Shown here piece by piece: positions 1 to 17,814 of a stretch of DNA of 64,000 nt. Under the pieces are notes generated by a model. The model did no database searches. It worked only from the letters and a program-made list of their open reading frames with translations, and was not told the origin of the DNA. Numbering within the stretch: the stretch's first letter is position 1; each line of letters starts with the position of its first letter. The position numbers were made by a program, and so were the translations under genes. Source of the stretch: the human T2T-CHM13v2.0 reference genome, Homo sapiens; the NCBI RefSeq assembly GCF_009914755.1, contig NC_060931.1, one strand, 5' to 3'.

Positions 1-763
1 CTTCTCTCCACCAACCACTGGGGGATGGGAGGGGTGGTTCTGCTCTGCACCAAGAACTTCACCTGCCTTCTGCTTAATTCATTGCCAGGAAAAATCCCTG
101 AGCATTTCATTTTCCCACAAGTCCCCAGTGTGGGGGCTTCTTCCTGGGATCGGGGGACTGGGTTTCTAATGTATTCGGAAAACGCTTTCCAAGGCCCTTT
201 TCTCATCTCCAAACCCACCCGATTGTTTTGCGTGGGGTTCCACAGTGGGGAATTTCTCTCCATCTTTTCCCCCGTGGTTGGGAAGATGAGAAGAGAATTA
301 ACAGTGTGCGCTGACAGCGGGGTGCAGGGGAGGGCTTTGGAGTCCCGGATTCCAAATGCCAAGGGAAGGCCTGGTCAGGAGGGTGGAGTTGCCCAATTAG
401 AACTTGGCTGGTTCTTATCAGCTCTGGAGCTCTGTGCCGGGCAGGCGCTGGAATCAAAGGAGGTCAGGGCTGTTTATTTACTTTCTCCCCTCCTTTTTGG
501 CAAAAGGAGATCAAAGGTAAAAGTAAATCCTCTGCTCTGCACCTCTCCTCCCACCGTTTCTTCCTTTTTCTTTCCTCCCTTAGAAGCCTGAGAACTAAAA
601 GCCGTAGATGTGAAGGGAGGGTTTTTGTCATCACCACTGTTTCCCTGGCACTGACTCTGCACTGGGCCCTGGGCTAAGAATTTTGCAGAATGGCACAAAT
701 CGCTGCAACTAACATGACGTGTGACAGCTCTTATTATCCCCATGTGGCAGAGGAGAAAACTGA

Positions 764-1318
<555 letters not shown>

Positions 1319-2289
1319 TGAGTCCTTCTGTTGTGCAGTGAGTTCAGAGGTTATGAACGGCCAAGCAAGACACACAGATGATTAAAGGCAGTCAGGTGGG
1401 ATGCCGTAGGGAGTGGTGGAGACTGTGGTGAAGTGGAGAGTCCCTGAGATGCAACTCAGCATCAGTCCATTGCTGCCTTACAAAAATGAGAGCCCAGTGT
1501 GGTCGGGACTTTCGGACAAGCCAGGTGTTTTATGTGAACTCTCTGGATTTGTAGTAGAAGATGGGAGTCCATTTTTATTTTTTGCTGATAGTGGGCTCTG
1601 CTGGGGCCCTGGATTAAATATTCCATTTTCCCAGTGAGTTGAAATATTATCTTTGTCCTGATCCTTCCCACTGTTCTTTTATTTTATACTTTTTTCTTCG
1701 TGAACTCGAAGATTGTTTTATCCAACTAAAACAACCCTGTGTGTCGCTACTTTAAATTGCATTAAGCTTATATATGTTGGCAGAATTATCATCTTAAGGA
1801 TGTGAAATCTTCCCATCCAATTATTCTCATCTTATTTGGTGCCCTTTGGGAGGATTTTTTTAGTTTTCTTCCAAAATATCTTGATTTTTTAAAATAATGC
1901 CAAAATTCCAAGCTCTTTGAACTGCATGGGCCAAGCAACGCCTCCTGGGGGCTGTGTTTGGCCCAGGGGATCCCTGTTGCCCCCTGAGATTCAGGGCAGC
2001 CTCACCCCATGGGGGAGACTTAACACGCTGAACATGCTGTCCCAGATGGGGAGATCTCCATTGCCACAGAACTGGGGGCAGGCTGGGCTGGGAAACTCTG
2101 GGATGTTCACTGCTTGACCCACTCTGTGGGAAGCCAGGGTGCCCACTTCCTTCATACTCAGCCAGATAAGCCCGCCGAGGCCGTGCCTTCCTGCTGAGGC
2201 TTCTGCCAGCTCATTTTTGACCAGCACTTAAAACAACAATTAAAAATAACCCATATGGTGTGCTTTGCTCTTTAAAAAGCAAAGCAACT

Positions 2290-2592
<303 letters not shown>

Positions 2593-2621
2593 TGTGCAAA
2601 GTACATTTTTAAGAAATAAGA

Positions 2622-2943
<322 letters not shown>

Positions 2944-5659
2944 AAACACCGTCTGTTGGTCCAGGAAGATTTATCGAGATCCACTAGTGCCAGGCACTGG
3001 GCAAGGCTCTGGGGACGGGGTGAAGTTCCCGCTTTCGTAGGTCTGAAGCTCTAGCAGGGAACACAGGCGGTAAGTGCAGAAACAGATGAAAAAATACGGT
3101 GCATTCCAGTGACGGTCAGGGCATAAAGAGATAAAATAAGGTGAGTGGAATAAGAGGGACTGGAGGGCCACCTTAGGCAAGAGCTTGGGGAGGGCCTCTC
3201 AGCAGAGGTGACATTTTGCTGAGACAGGAATGACGAGAAAGAAACAACGGTGGGACTCCTGTCTCAGTGGTCACTCTGATACCCAGGAAACCACTGTGTC
3301 TTTCGGGCATTTAACCGGCCAAACTTTTTTGCCTAATTATATTTTTATATTTTGTTATTTATTTACTTAATTTATATATTACATGTTTACATTTTCTAAA
3401 CTGACCATGCAGTGTTTCATAACTGTCTATTTTTCCTACTTGAAGGCTTAGTTTCCCCATCTGTCAACTGGAGATGTTCTCAGTAGCCACCCCACGTGAA
3501 GGCAAAACACAGGCCGATGTGAGGACTTACTAAGGAAATGACCTATGGAACACAATTGATCCAAAGATGAGCAATTATTGTATATTTTTATTATCTTTTG
3601 TTGAATTACTTTTATGAGTCCCAAGAGGTGGAGATTGGCATTTCCATTTTGCAGGTGAGATTTTTCAGGCTCAGAGAGTCACACATCAAAGGCTGAGGTG
3701 CGAGCAGTTGGAAAGAGGACAGGACGGCATTCCTCTGACCCCCAGCCTGGATACAGTGAAACCTCAACCACATAGAGCCCCTTTTTCTTGGGAGAGGAAG
3801 TCGAGGCTGAAACCAGCGGCTTCTTTTTGGTCATTTTTTTTCCCTTTCTGCGATGTTTGTTTTTGTGAACATCGCACTTATCTGATGTCACAGGTTTTGG
3901 GAACCTAAACCACAGACATAAACACATTGTGTTGTACTTTGAAGGATTGTGCAGTGAGACAAGTGAGTTTGGTGATGGGGGGGGATACAGCGTGCATGGA
4001 CGCAGGGCTTTTTTTTTTTTTTGCAGAACTAAGAATGTCTATGTTTGTTCTCGGGTTCAAAGAAGTCAGTGTCTTTGGTGGGAGCTGGGCCACCATTGCC
4101 CAGACCACACTGGGGTGCTAAGTGCTCACATCCTCCCCAGCACTGTCCTCAACAGCCAGGAGGCAGGCACAGGGGAAAACCCACCAGCAACACCAGCACC
4201 ACAGTGTCCACACTCGCTGAAGATGCTGCAGAAAAGGCCCATGGGCCAGGGTGCCTGGGGGCAGGGCATGCTGGGCACCGTCCATCTTCTGGCAGGTTCT
4301 GGTTAACCCAAAAATCCTGTTTGGTTTTCCTGTGCCTTTTGAGAATGTCACTCAAACCCCTGAATCCTCTCTGTGATCTAAGTGTCATGAGGCCTGAAAA
4401 ACCTTGCTGCCTGCTGCAGACTTCTCCCTTTCCTGGTCCCCATGAAGACTGTTATCCACATGCAGCCAGAGGGATTCTGTAAAATCAAAGTCAAGGCAGG
4501 GCCCTCCTCTGCTCAAAACCCTCCCATGACTCTCCATTTCACTCAGGGAAGAAGCCACGCCCATACTGTGGCCTCCTTCACCTCTCACACTCATTGCACA
4601 GGCGGCCACCAAGCCCTTTTCTACCCCAGCACCTTTGCACTTTCTGCCGCCTTACTTCATTGCAATCCGTTCTTAGCAGAGAGGCTGACCCTGAATTCCC
4701 TCCTGAAATAGTGACCCTTCGTAAATAATTCTCCCCTTGCCTTGCCTTATTTGTCTTCATATCTCTTCATCACTACCTGACATGTTAGATATTTATTATT
4801 TTCTCTCTTGCCATTGGGCCTAAGTTCCCAGGGCCTCTCGTGTTTCTCCAGTGCCTCTGGCACATGGAGCGAGCACAGTCATTTCCTTTTGTGTGTAAAT
4901 AAATGAAAGAATCTTGGACTTGACCACTTCAGACCAAGGGGTTTAGCCCAGGTCTCTGGGACAATGAGGATTCTGAAGGATTTTTCACTAAGGATTGACA
5001 GAATCAATTGGTTTGGGAGAGATCACTGCAGCTTCTGAAAGAAGCCACCTGTCCCATGAGGGCATGCGCCATATGGAATACAAACAACTTGATATCAGTG
5101 CCTCCCTCCCCAGGGGGTGTTTCAGGAATTAAATCAGAAAATATGGGGATGAGGCTTAGCCCTGTCCTTGGCACACAGGAAGTACTCAGCCAGTGGTCAT
5201 GGTCAGCATCAGCTGTAACATGAATGGACCATGGAGACAGGGTCTTGCTGACATCCAGGTTCCCAGATTGGGCAGCTGCATGGAGGGGGTTGTGTGTCAT
5301 GGGAATAAAGGAGGAAGGAGTTTGAGGTGGGGCTGAGGCTGAGGGTGCTGAGGTCAAAGCAGGAGAAAGATCTGGGGATTCTGTGAGATGTTCAGGTGGC
5401 ATGCCCACTCGGCAGCTGGAGTCAGGAGAGAGCCCACTAATGGATTTGGGGGTCATTAGTGCCAAAATGGTGACTGAAAACTAGAGAATGGTTGAGATGG
5501 CCCAGAGACTACACATAGAGACAGAAAAGAAGAGCTGGGATGGAACGCTTAGGGCTCCCCAGTGTTTGAAGGGAGAGAGAAGAGGAACCCATAAATGATA
5601 CCAAAACAAACTCAGAGAGGTTGGAAGAGCATCGGCAAACAGCGATGATAAGGAAGACA

Positions 5660-6690
<1,031 letters not shown>

Positions 6691-7395
6691 TGACTGATCC
6701 ATGCGGTGAGATGGAAATGAAATTGCAGGGAGCTGAACTGAAAAGAGGATGGGACAGAAGAAGTTTCAGTGAATAGAGGTGGAACAGACATTGTCAACTG
6801 CCCAACCACAGCTCTTTTCAACTCTCCTCGCTGGTAGGAGAACCCTCTTTTGTTTGAGGGGGCATCAGCATATGCCTTCAAGGAAGGGACCCCCTCCTGA
6901 AACTGAGAGGATAAAACAAGTCTCAGCACAGAAGCCCACACACTGAGGTTGGTAGAATGGAAAAAGAAAGAGAACACAGGTATTGGAAGATGTCTTTCAG
7001 CCATTGTATCAACAATTCTTGAACTACTGGGGCAGACACTGCTCAGTGCCTGCCCAATGCCCTCACTCCTTTTCTTCCTTGTTGACAGAACCCTGACTTT
7101 ATTGGGATGGCAATGAGCCAGCAAAAGGCACTCACTCTCCTAGACTGCCTTGCAGCCAGGAGTGGCCACATGATCCAGTATGACCAATGATATGGAAGCC
7201 ACATTTGCCCCGTGGGGCCCCGGAAGAGCTTTCTAAAAAGAGACAAACATGGTGGACACACTGCTCAGCCCTTGCCCCCTCTTCTGGCCTGTAATGTGGA
7301 TATGAGCTGAGGGTGGAATGGTCATGCTGCAATTATGGCCAACCATGAGGACAGAAGCCACATGTTCGAGATGGCTGAGCAAAAACTGGGAAAGT

Positions 7396-7710
7396 GGCCA
7401 GGTGCAGCAGCTCATGCCAGTAATTCCAGCACTTTGGGAGGCTAAGATGGGCAGATCACTTGAGGTCAGGAGCTCAAGACCAGCCTCACCAACATGGCAA
7501 AACCACGTCTCTACTCAAAATATGAAAATTAGCCAGGTGTGGTGGTGGGCGCCTGTACTCTCAGCTACCTGGAAGGCTGAGGCAGGAGAATTTCTTGAGC
7601 CCAGGAGGCAGAGGTTGCAGTGAGCCAAGATCGCACAATTGCCCTCCAGCCTGGGCGACAGAGTGAGACTCTGTCGCAAAACAACAATAAAAACAACAAC
7701 AACAACAACA
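7396..7710 (+). mobile_element. Alu (AluS-like) with (CAA)n tail
   Basis: Full dimer; TSD AAAACTGGGAAAG on both sides. Confidence 0.9.
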
Positions 7711-10034
7711 AAACTGGGAAAGAATCTGAGCCCCTGGTAGCACCCTTGAGTCACCCCATCAGCTCTGGATGCCTCTGGATTTCTTGTAGCAGGGGGGCAA
7801 TACAAATAAACCCTGCTGGGGTCAGGGTCTGTGTTCCTCGAAGCCGAATGCATGCCTGTGGGAGCCGCCAGGCCATCTCTGGGTTTCTCAATGTACGGGA
7901 AGACACATTTCCTTAATGATGAAGTCATTTTGAGTTGAGTTTCCCTGCCCCTTGCAGTTCAGTGTGTCCCGGGGAATACCTGGGTTTTGTAGTGAGCTGA
8001 CTTCTAACAAACCAAGATATGCCTGATTCTAGACTTGAGTGAAATGGGGAAAAGGGAACACTTTTGTCATTCCTGGAACACCTGATGGTGAGACAGAGGC
8101 CATGTGATTTCCTGTGCACATTTCTGCCAAGGTCGCTCTGGTCCTTAGCTAAGGACTCAGGGTCTATTTCCACTTTTGATATCTGTGAACTAATCACATT
8201 CAGGTGGGTTTTTCTCCCTGGAGGAGGAAGCCAAGGTTCAAGGAGGAAAATTTACTATTGAAGACACACAGCCAAAGCTAGACTCAAAGCCGGATCTGCC
8301 TGACTCTGAGACGATCCTTTTTTCTCCTTTCTGGGTTCCTGTCTCCTCATCAGTAGAATGAAGAGATTATTCAAGATCTGCATCCCAAGGACAGGTTTTC
8401 TGAGGAAGCTTCTAGGCAAGGAGGGGTTTGGCCCCAGTCACCAGAAGCTGCTCTGAGCCTCAGGCCTTCGGTGGGGCCAGCTGTGGCCCCCCTTCTCCAT
8501 TCTAGTTTTTATTTTTAGTGTCAAGTTTTTGGGCACAGTAGACTCTCCTTAGGAAAAGTCCAGTGACAGGACAAGGGCGGCGGTTTTGAAATCCAGTGGG
8601 AAAGTAGGTCAGGCTGGGTTGCTGGCTGGGCTGCAGATGATAAGGCCTGTATGGAAGTTTAATAACGTGAGCGGCCATATCCATGACATAATTCATAACA
8701 GAGAGGAAGTAGCAATTAAGGGGCAATTGTGCAGTGCAAGACAAGCCTCCTTCACAGCTCATAAAAGCAGGAGGAGGAAGAGATGAAGCTGTCATTCTGG
8801 GGCTGCTGGGGGCCTGGCTGGTGGCCTGTGGGGATTTGGGGATAAGTCAGTCTGTATGTACCTTGGGGGGTCTATACTCATCTTTCCTCACCCTCTCAGG
8901 ACTCAGGGAACTGGGAGGATGTAGAAGGCAGAGCGAGTGCCTACTATGTGCCTGGCTCAGCTCAGGCCTGGGGTGAAAGCTGTAAAAACGCTGGGTGTTT
9001 TGCTGCGGCTGGGAGGTTTGGGCGCAGCTGCACTGTTTTGGCATTGCCTTGTCAAAACAGAAAGTCGCTTTATCAAGTGAACTGTACCCCAGACACCCGG
9101 ATCCTTAGTGCATCTTCCCTGCCCCCACCCTTCAGTGACTGTGGACTTTCAATTTCCATTTTATTCGTTTTTCCGTGTGGTGGTTCCACAGGCACCATTT
9201 TCTTTTATCATCAGTTTTTAAAAAGCTACTAAATCCACACTGGCCCCTTCTCTGTTCCTTGAACTGGCCAGGCATATGCTATCACCGGTCCTTCGCACTT
9301 GCCGTGGCCTCCACCCAGGGGTTGCTCTTCCGCTAGAGATCCATGTGGCTCAGCCCTCACCTCCTTCAAGTCTTCACTGAAATGCCAGCTTCCCATAAAG
9401 CTCCAGCTGACCAATCTTTTTAAAACTGCAAACCCACCTGGTGTTCAGGATCTACTGTTCCTGCTTTATTTTTATCTACAGCACTTACCACCAATTAACC
9501 CTCTCCACAGGCTGTTCACTTATTTTATCCTCTGCTTGTTCCCACCAGTGCCACCAGCAAAGGAATTTTTGTCCATCTTGTTCTCGGCGGCATTCCCAGC
9601 ACCAGAAACTGTGCCTGGGGCATAGTAGGTGCTCAGTGAATATTGGTGAATGAATGAATGAATGAATGTTTGCCATTGTAACTGACCGCCCATGAGATTG
9701 TAATATGTTGACTTTGTTATCATAAAGCTGACCATTTGCTGGTTTGCTTTGGGGGTGGCCTGAGAATGACTCAAGGTCAAGCCCTCTTGGCTGCTGCTGG
9801 TGGGAACAGAAGTTGGGGTGACCAGGGCTGGCTCAGCTGGCTTGGGTATTTGCAGCTGACACCTGTTCTGATAGGTCAGGGATCAACTTGGATATTACCG
9901 CTCCCCTCTGCCCTTTCTAAAGAGCTCCTTGGCCACTTCTGTCAAGATTTTAAACACATCCACCAGCTGACCCCACCTGTTCATGAATATTTTTGGGCAA
10001 AGGAGCAAAGCTCTGTATGCAAAAGGGGTTTCTT

Positions 10035-10755
<721 letters not shown>

Positions 10756-11950
10756 GCCCCTCTTCCACAGGCCGCTGCCCCAGTGCACTCATCTCCTGGT
10801 TGTGTTTTGAGGAGTGGGGACAGACACCTGGTCAGTGCATGCCCTGACCCCAGCACCCCTGCCCCTCTCCACCCTGACCGGCTCGATGCGGGCAAACAGG
10901 ACCGGGGCCAGTTCCGAAAGCCCCGTGGTGCATGATGCCCATGTCAGCCCTGACTGTGCTGCCTCAGGCCACATCTGCCGGGCTCATCTGTCGCTGGGCA
11001 CCTGCCCACTTCCTCCCCACCAGTGGGTGGGCAGGCTTTGCTGACATCAGGTGGTTTCTGTGCCTGCCTGGCACCAGGAGAGAGGAAGGAAGCAGTCTGT
11101 CCCAGCCACGGGAGCCAAGTGAGGAGCCCAGGGCAGGCCCCAGGCCTCGGTGAGCTACAGCCCCTGCAGCTGCATCTGATAGGGCTGGGGTCTGGACTGC
11201 CCACCCCTTCACCTGCTGGGACACCATGGCCTGGGCTGGGCAGCAATTCAAGAGGGACTGGGCTCTCTGAGTTACCCCCCAGGTGGTGCACTCCTTCCCT
11301 TCTCAACCCTGAGTATAACAGCCACACGCACCATGCACCACGCACTGTTCTCTCCATGAGTGACTCAATCAGCCCTCACACAGCCTATGGGGTGGGTGCT
11401 GGTATCATCCTTGCTTTACAAATGCAGAAACTGAGGCACAGAGAGGTGAGGGGAATGGCCCAGGAGCAAGACCTGATGCCCAGCACTCTGGCTCCAGGCC
11501 ACTGCGCTCAGTCACCCCCACCCTCTCCCAGCTGCTTCGCCTTATTTTGGTTTTGGGTTTTTTTTTTCCTTTGGGGGTTTTTGCTTTATTCTGTTTTGTT
11601 TCTGTGAGCCTCCAATATCCACAGCCCTGCACACCTCTCATCTCCAAGAATCCCCAAGAATCATGGCAACCACCTCACAAGCAGAGCACCACTATTAGCC
11701 CCATTTAACAGATGAGGAAACTGAGGCTTAAATGACCCACTCAGGGGCAGAGAGCAAGGACGAGGTGTAGCCAGAGTCAGGTTTGGACCTGGGTCTGAGG
11801 GCTCTTTCTACAGTGCCAGCTCATCTGCCTTATGTGGCAGAGGCCTTTGATGGACCAGAGGTAGGGAAAAGTCACCCCAAACTTAGCTCTGGGTCTCTGC
11901 TGGCATCAAGAGAGGGGGCGAAGGGGGCACTTGGTGCCATAGAACAGTCA

Positions 11951-12332
<382 letters not shown>

Positions 12333-13864
12333 TAAAAAGTGGGATATGATGAACATGCAATAAAATGCACAGGTCTTATGGGTTTAGTTTGATGAATTCC
12401 AACAAATCAACCACCCAAAACAACATTCAAAACATTTCTAAAACCAATTCCCTTATATCCCTTTCCAAACAACTCCCCATCCCTAGCCCAGCCAAGGGAG
12501 CCACTGATCTGCTTGCTGTCACCATAGTTTAGTTGTGTTTCATCTAGAGTTTCAAAAACCAGGAGTGTTCTTTTTCATCTCAACACAATGCCTGCAAGAT
12601 TCTTTGCATTGTTGCAAATATCACGCGCTTGTTCCTTTTTTATGGCTGAGTAGTGTTCCATTGCAGGGGGGCATCTGGGTTTCCAGCTCGCATGAACATT
12701 CATGCACACTGAGCTCCCACTTGAGTCCTGTCACAGTTACAATCCAGTGTCCTTTGCATGCACTGTGCCTGTTGATCCTCACCACCGGTAGATATTGTCC
12801 CCACTTTGGGGTCAGAAGAAGTGGGCGCAGGGAAGTTGGGTAGGAAACCCAAAAACACATAGCTCACAGCAGCCAAGGCAAGATGTGAACCTTGAGCAAG
12901 GGACAGATGGGGACCCAAAGGCATGGCAGGTGGCTTCAGGCCCTGGGGGCGCACGTTTGGTGGAAACTGAACTGGAGCACCTATTGAGTTTCTGGTCCTG
13001 TTCTAAGCACTTTGCACGGACCAACTCACTCAAGTCCTCCCAACAACCTGTATTATCCCATTTTACAACAGTGGAAACTGAGGCACAAAAAAACATGAGT
13101 CACATCTCCAGGATCACACACCTAGTGAGGGTAGAGCCAAATTGGACCCAGGTGGTCTGGCATCGTGGTGCTTCTCTTAACCACATGGCTATGCTGCCTC
13201 ACTAGCCCCACTTCTAGTTTGTTCCCTAGTGGGGCAGGCTCAGGTTCTGTCTGCCTGGAGGCATTTCCACTCACAGTTGTCTCCCTACCCAACTGGGAGC
13301 CCCCCCAAGTCTGGTCAGTTCAGGATCCAACGGCCTGGTGCTGGGAGAGCAGGGGGGAGGCAGTAGGGTAGAAGGACAAGAACAAGACTCTAGATTCATC
13401 CTTGCATCCTGGCTATGCCATTTTCAGGCTGTGTGACCTTGGACCAATCACTTAACCTCTCTAAACCTCCACTTCCTGTAAAATTAAAACTGATGCAATA
13501 ATAATGACCTCATGAGCATTGGGTGAGCTGGGCATGGAAGTAACAGAGTTGACATTTACCTGCACTTTGCTACCTGCCCAAGGCGTCTCAGTCCTCAACC
13601 CAGGCTCACAGCAATCTTGCAAAGCAGTTGCTGTTTAATCTCCATTTTACAGACAAAGAAACTGAGTCTCTAAATACTGTGTCCAAGCTAAAAGCCTCTA
13701 AACATACATTTCCTGCCTTGAACTCAGTCTTGAATATCCAGCTACGACTCAATATTCCTAACAGGCATCTCATACGTCCCAGGTAAGAAACCAAACTCCT
13801 CCTCCAGCAGGATCCTACGTTTCCCGCATCATCTTTGCCTCTGAAAGTGTCACCTCTCTCTTTC

Positions 13865-14362
13865 TATGGAACAAGACCATCACTTCTCCTGTTGCCCTTC
13901 CCAGCTTCTCCCCCACCTCCCCTTTTCCCTAGTTTATAAGACAGGAGAAAAGGGAGAAAGCAAAAAGTTGGAAAGAAACAGAAGTAAGATAAATAGCTAG
14001 ACGACCTTGGCGCCACCACCTGGCCCTGGTGGCTAAAATAATAAGAATAATATTAACCCCTGACCAAAACTACTGGTGTTATCTGTAAATTCCAGACATT
14101 GTATGAAAAAGCACTGTAAAACTTTTTGTTCTGTTAGCTGATGTATGTAGCCCCCAGTCACGTTCCTCACGCTTACTTGATCTATCATGACCCTTTCACG
14201 TGGACCCCTTAGAGTTGTAAGCCCTTAAAAAGGCTAGGAATTTCTTTTTCAAGGAGCTCGGCTCTTAAGATGCGAGTCTGCCGATGCTCCCGGCCGAATA
14301 AAAACCTCTTCCTTCTTTAATCCGGTGTCTGAGGAGTTTTGTCTGCGGCTCGTCCTGCTACA
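13865..14362 (+). mobile_element. Solo ERV1 LTR, LTR2B-like (HERV-E group)
   Basis: ~500 bp. Characteristic 3' end CCCGGCCGAATAAA...GTCTGCGGCTCGTCCTGCTACA. Near-matching 4-bp flanks tttc/cttc. Confidence 0.85.
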
Positions 14363-14874
14363 CTTCCAGGGGCCAGGCCAAACACCTGAGTGTCCTCACT
14401 GACTCTCCTCTTTCTCTAGCCTCTGCCTCACCACCTCCCAACCACAGCCTGCATCCAGGATCCCACCACCCTCCAAGCTCCGCAGCCCTGCCCTGGCATG
14501 AGCCACCACCAGTGTGTGCTTGGATTGTTGCCATGGCTTCCAAACTATCTCCCCCATTCTATCATTGTCTTGATACCCAAAGGAAGTCGGATCACGTCTC
14601 TGCTCTGCTCAGCACCCTCCTGTGGCTCCCATGTCACCCAGAGTCAAAGACAAGATCTTGGCAGTGTCCCTAAATCCCGTGTGGTTGTATGCCCCCACTC
14701 TGCCTTTCTGACATCTTCCCTCCAGCCACACTGGCTTCCTCCCTCCTCCTGGAACATATCAGGCACACGGCAGCCTCAGGGCCTTTGCACTTGCTGTTCC
14801 CTCTTCCTGAGACTCTGTGCCCTGAGAGAACCACAAGCCTCCCTCTCTCACCTCCTCCAGGTCTTTCCCTCATT

Positions 14875-15213
14875 TTCTTTTTTTCCTTTTTCCTTTTTCT
14901 TTTCTTTTCTTTCTTTCTGTTGTTTTTTTTTTTTTTTTTTTTTTTTCCTGATACACCAGGCTGGAGTGCAGTGGCATGATCTTGGCTCGCTGCAATCTCC
15001 GCCTCCTGGGTTCAAGTAATTGTCATGCCTTAGCCTCCCGAGTAGCTGGGATTACAGGCACTCGCCACCACGCCCAGCTAATTTTTGTATTTTTAGTAGA
15101 GACGGGGTTTCACCATGTTGGCCAGGCTGGTCTCAAACTCCTGACCTCAGGTGATCTGACTTCCTCGGCCTCCCAAAGTGCTGGGACTACAGGTGTTAGC
15201 CACTGCACCCAGC
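14875..15213 (-). mobile_element. Alu
   Basis: Antisense Alu with T-rich tail. Confidence 0.9.
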
Positions 15214-17112
15214 CCTTTCCTTCATTTTCAATGTATCTCAGGTTATCCTAGACCAGCTGGTTACATGAACAAGACTCTCTGCACCAGCACTCCTCACCCC
15301 TTCTCTCTGTGACATCATCACCAATCGACACTCAGAATTTTAAAATTTATTAACATTATTATTATTGTAAGTTTTGAACATCTCTACCCAATGGGTTCCA
15401 CGGGGCAGGATGGTTTTGGGGTGTTCGTTGTGGCATCCTCAGCACCCCTTACCCAGTTCAGAGTGCTTGCATAATAAATGTTTGCCAAATGCATAAATGG
15501 AGATCAGGAAGGGGTGACTCCCCACAAATTACCAGGTTAGAACATGGGATCTGGGCTTGGAACCCAGGGCTGTGTACTTAAGCTTCCAGTGACAGGTTCC
15601 ATGCCGCAGAGATGGCAGCTGTTGCTGTCATGATTTTTAGGGTGATATTCTCAACATCCATCAGCTTCCTCACCCACAGGGGAGAGCTGGGGGGCCAAAG
15701 AGAGAGGTTGGGCTGGCTATGGCCTCCAGCCTGCAGGAGGTGACTCACCCATCCGGTGATGACAGGTGGCATTCCTCTCCTTCCCCAGGGGTGGGGGGGC
15801 TTTGGCCTGACATAAAGGGAGTGTCCTGCTTCTGGGAAGAGGACAAACAGGTGGGAGAGAAGGCCAGGTCACTGCCTGGAGGCTGGCATGTCTAGGCTAG
15901 AGGGTCACCAATTATGAAGTAGGGGAAGCCCGGGTTGGGCTGGTTGGACTGACTCCTGAGCCTCCCTGGAGTGAGAGACTGAGGCTCTAGTCCTCTAGTC
16001 CTTTCCCTAAGAAAACAGCATCCCAACCTCTCCTTCAGCCGGTCACAGGGAAATCTCTTGATGCCCATCCACCTTCCCCTTGGCATTTTTGCCTGGGTCA
16101 AGAGGGACTTGAGCCAATTGACAAACACTTTTTGAAAGAAACAGCAAAGGTCCCACAGACTCTAGCCAGACAGGCTTTATTTACTTTATTGATTTATTTT
16201 AGAAAAGTCTTAACTATATAAATGACACTTGAATACAGTTCTGTTGCAGAAGACTCAACCAACCTCCTCCCCAGTGAGTTTGCTGCCTCTGAGATTGCAT
16301 TTGACTGCAAGTAAAAAGTAGCAGGCACTAGGGTTTTGCCAGATGGGAGTTCATTTTTTTGTGTAAAAAGAAGTCCAGACGTGAGCAAGTCTGGGCTTGT
16401 AGACTTGCTCAGGGACATCACCAGTGACCAGCTTCCTGGTGTCCCATGTTGGTATGTGACTTTCAAACTCCTGGCTCAAGAGGGTTGCTTCTCAGCAAGG
16501 CAAGAGGGCAGGGAAGGGACAAAGTGTGTGCACCCTGGGTCTCATGGCTACCATTGCACCTGCGTGGTTTCAGGGGAGTCTGGGGAGGTCTTATTTCACT
16601 TGGGCACATTGCTGCCCCATTCAAAACTTGGGAAAAGGGGTGATGAATGATGGCAAGTGCTAGCGGCATCAGCCCTGGATTTCTTTTGTGCTGCCTGATT
16701 CGAAAGAGATTGTAAATGTGGTTTTGCAGCCTGCTTTTCTGTTCCGCCTAACTATGTGTGTAGAGATTTGCCTTATCATTTTGATCTGCTACATGGTATT
16801 CCATGGCATGGATGGACCATGGTTTATTTACCAAATTCCACGTTCATTGATATTTAGTTTTCCTGCCAAAACTTCACTATTATAAACAATACCACAGTGA
16901 GCATCCGCAGGCAGCTCTCTGAGCGCATGTGTATTTCTACAAAATTGGGCATGCTGGGCAATGATGGATAGAGCTACCTCATCACCACCAGGGCTTTGCC
17001 AATTTGCACTCCCTCCACCCACACATGAGAGGATGAGAGGGCCTACTTCCCCCACACTCACCAAGCCATCTGTCATTTAAAAAAAATTCCCATTATGATT
17101 ATTTTTGTTGTA

Positions 17113-17360
17113 ATTTTTTTTTTAGCTATAGCTCATTGCAGCCTCAAACTCCTGGGCTCAAGCCATCCTCCTACCTCAGCCCCCTGAGAAGCTGGGACTA
17201 CAGACTGATGCCACCACACCTAGCTAATTTTTAATTTTTTTGTAGCGATGGGGGTCTTACTATGTTGCCTAGGCTATTCCCAAACTCCTGACTTCAAGCG
17301 ATCCTCCTAACTCAGCGTCCCAAAGAGCAGGGATTACAGACATGAGGCAACCCCAGGCCA
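17113..17360 (-). mobile_element. Alu (AluJ-like, partial)
   Basis: Diverged antisense Alu. Confidence 0.8.
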
Positions 17361-17605
17361 TTTGTTATAATTTGAATTTCTCTTGTTAGTATTAATGTGG
17401 AGCCCCTTATCATTTATGTATTAGCTCTTTGTATTTTCTGATCTGTTCTTTGCCTTTTTAAATTATTTGGCCATTGTTTTGTGCTTAGTTGGTTTCTTTC
17501 TTTTCCAATTATGTTAGTTCTTTTCTATTTTACAAAAAATGCATTGATTATACCTTAATAAATGGAATATATAATTTATGTTCAGTAAACTGCATTCCTT
17601 CAAAG

Positions 17606-17814
17606 CAGAGTTTCTCAACCTAGCACTGTTGACATTTTGGGTCAGACAATTCTTTGCTGTGGCGGCTGTCCTGGGCACTGTAGGATGTTGAGCGGCATCT
17701 CCTGCCTCTACCCACGAGACACCAGTAGCATCACCTACCCCCATGCTGACCAAATGTCTCTGCACTTTGCCGAATGTCTCCTGGGGGTAAACCATCCTGG
17801 GTTGAGAACCTCTG
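17606..17814 (+). mobile_element. MER20 (hAT-Charlie DNA transposon)
   Basis: TIRs CAGAGTTTCTCAACC / GGTTGAGAACCTCTG with a typical MER20 core. Confidence 0.88.

Noticed and set aside
25-591. 188-aa ORF
   Set aside because: No recognisable homology, domain or exon structure; consistent with chance.
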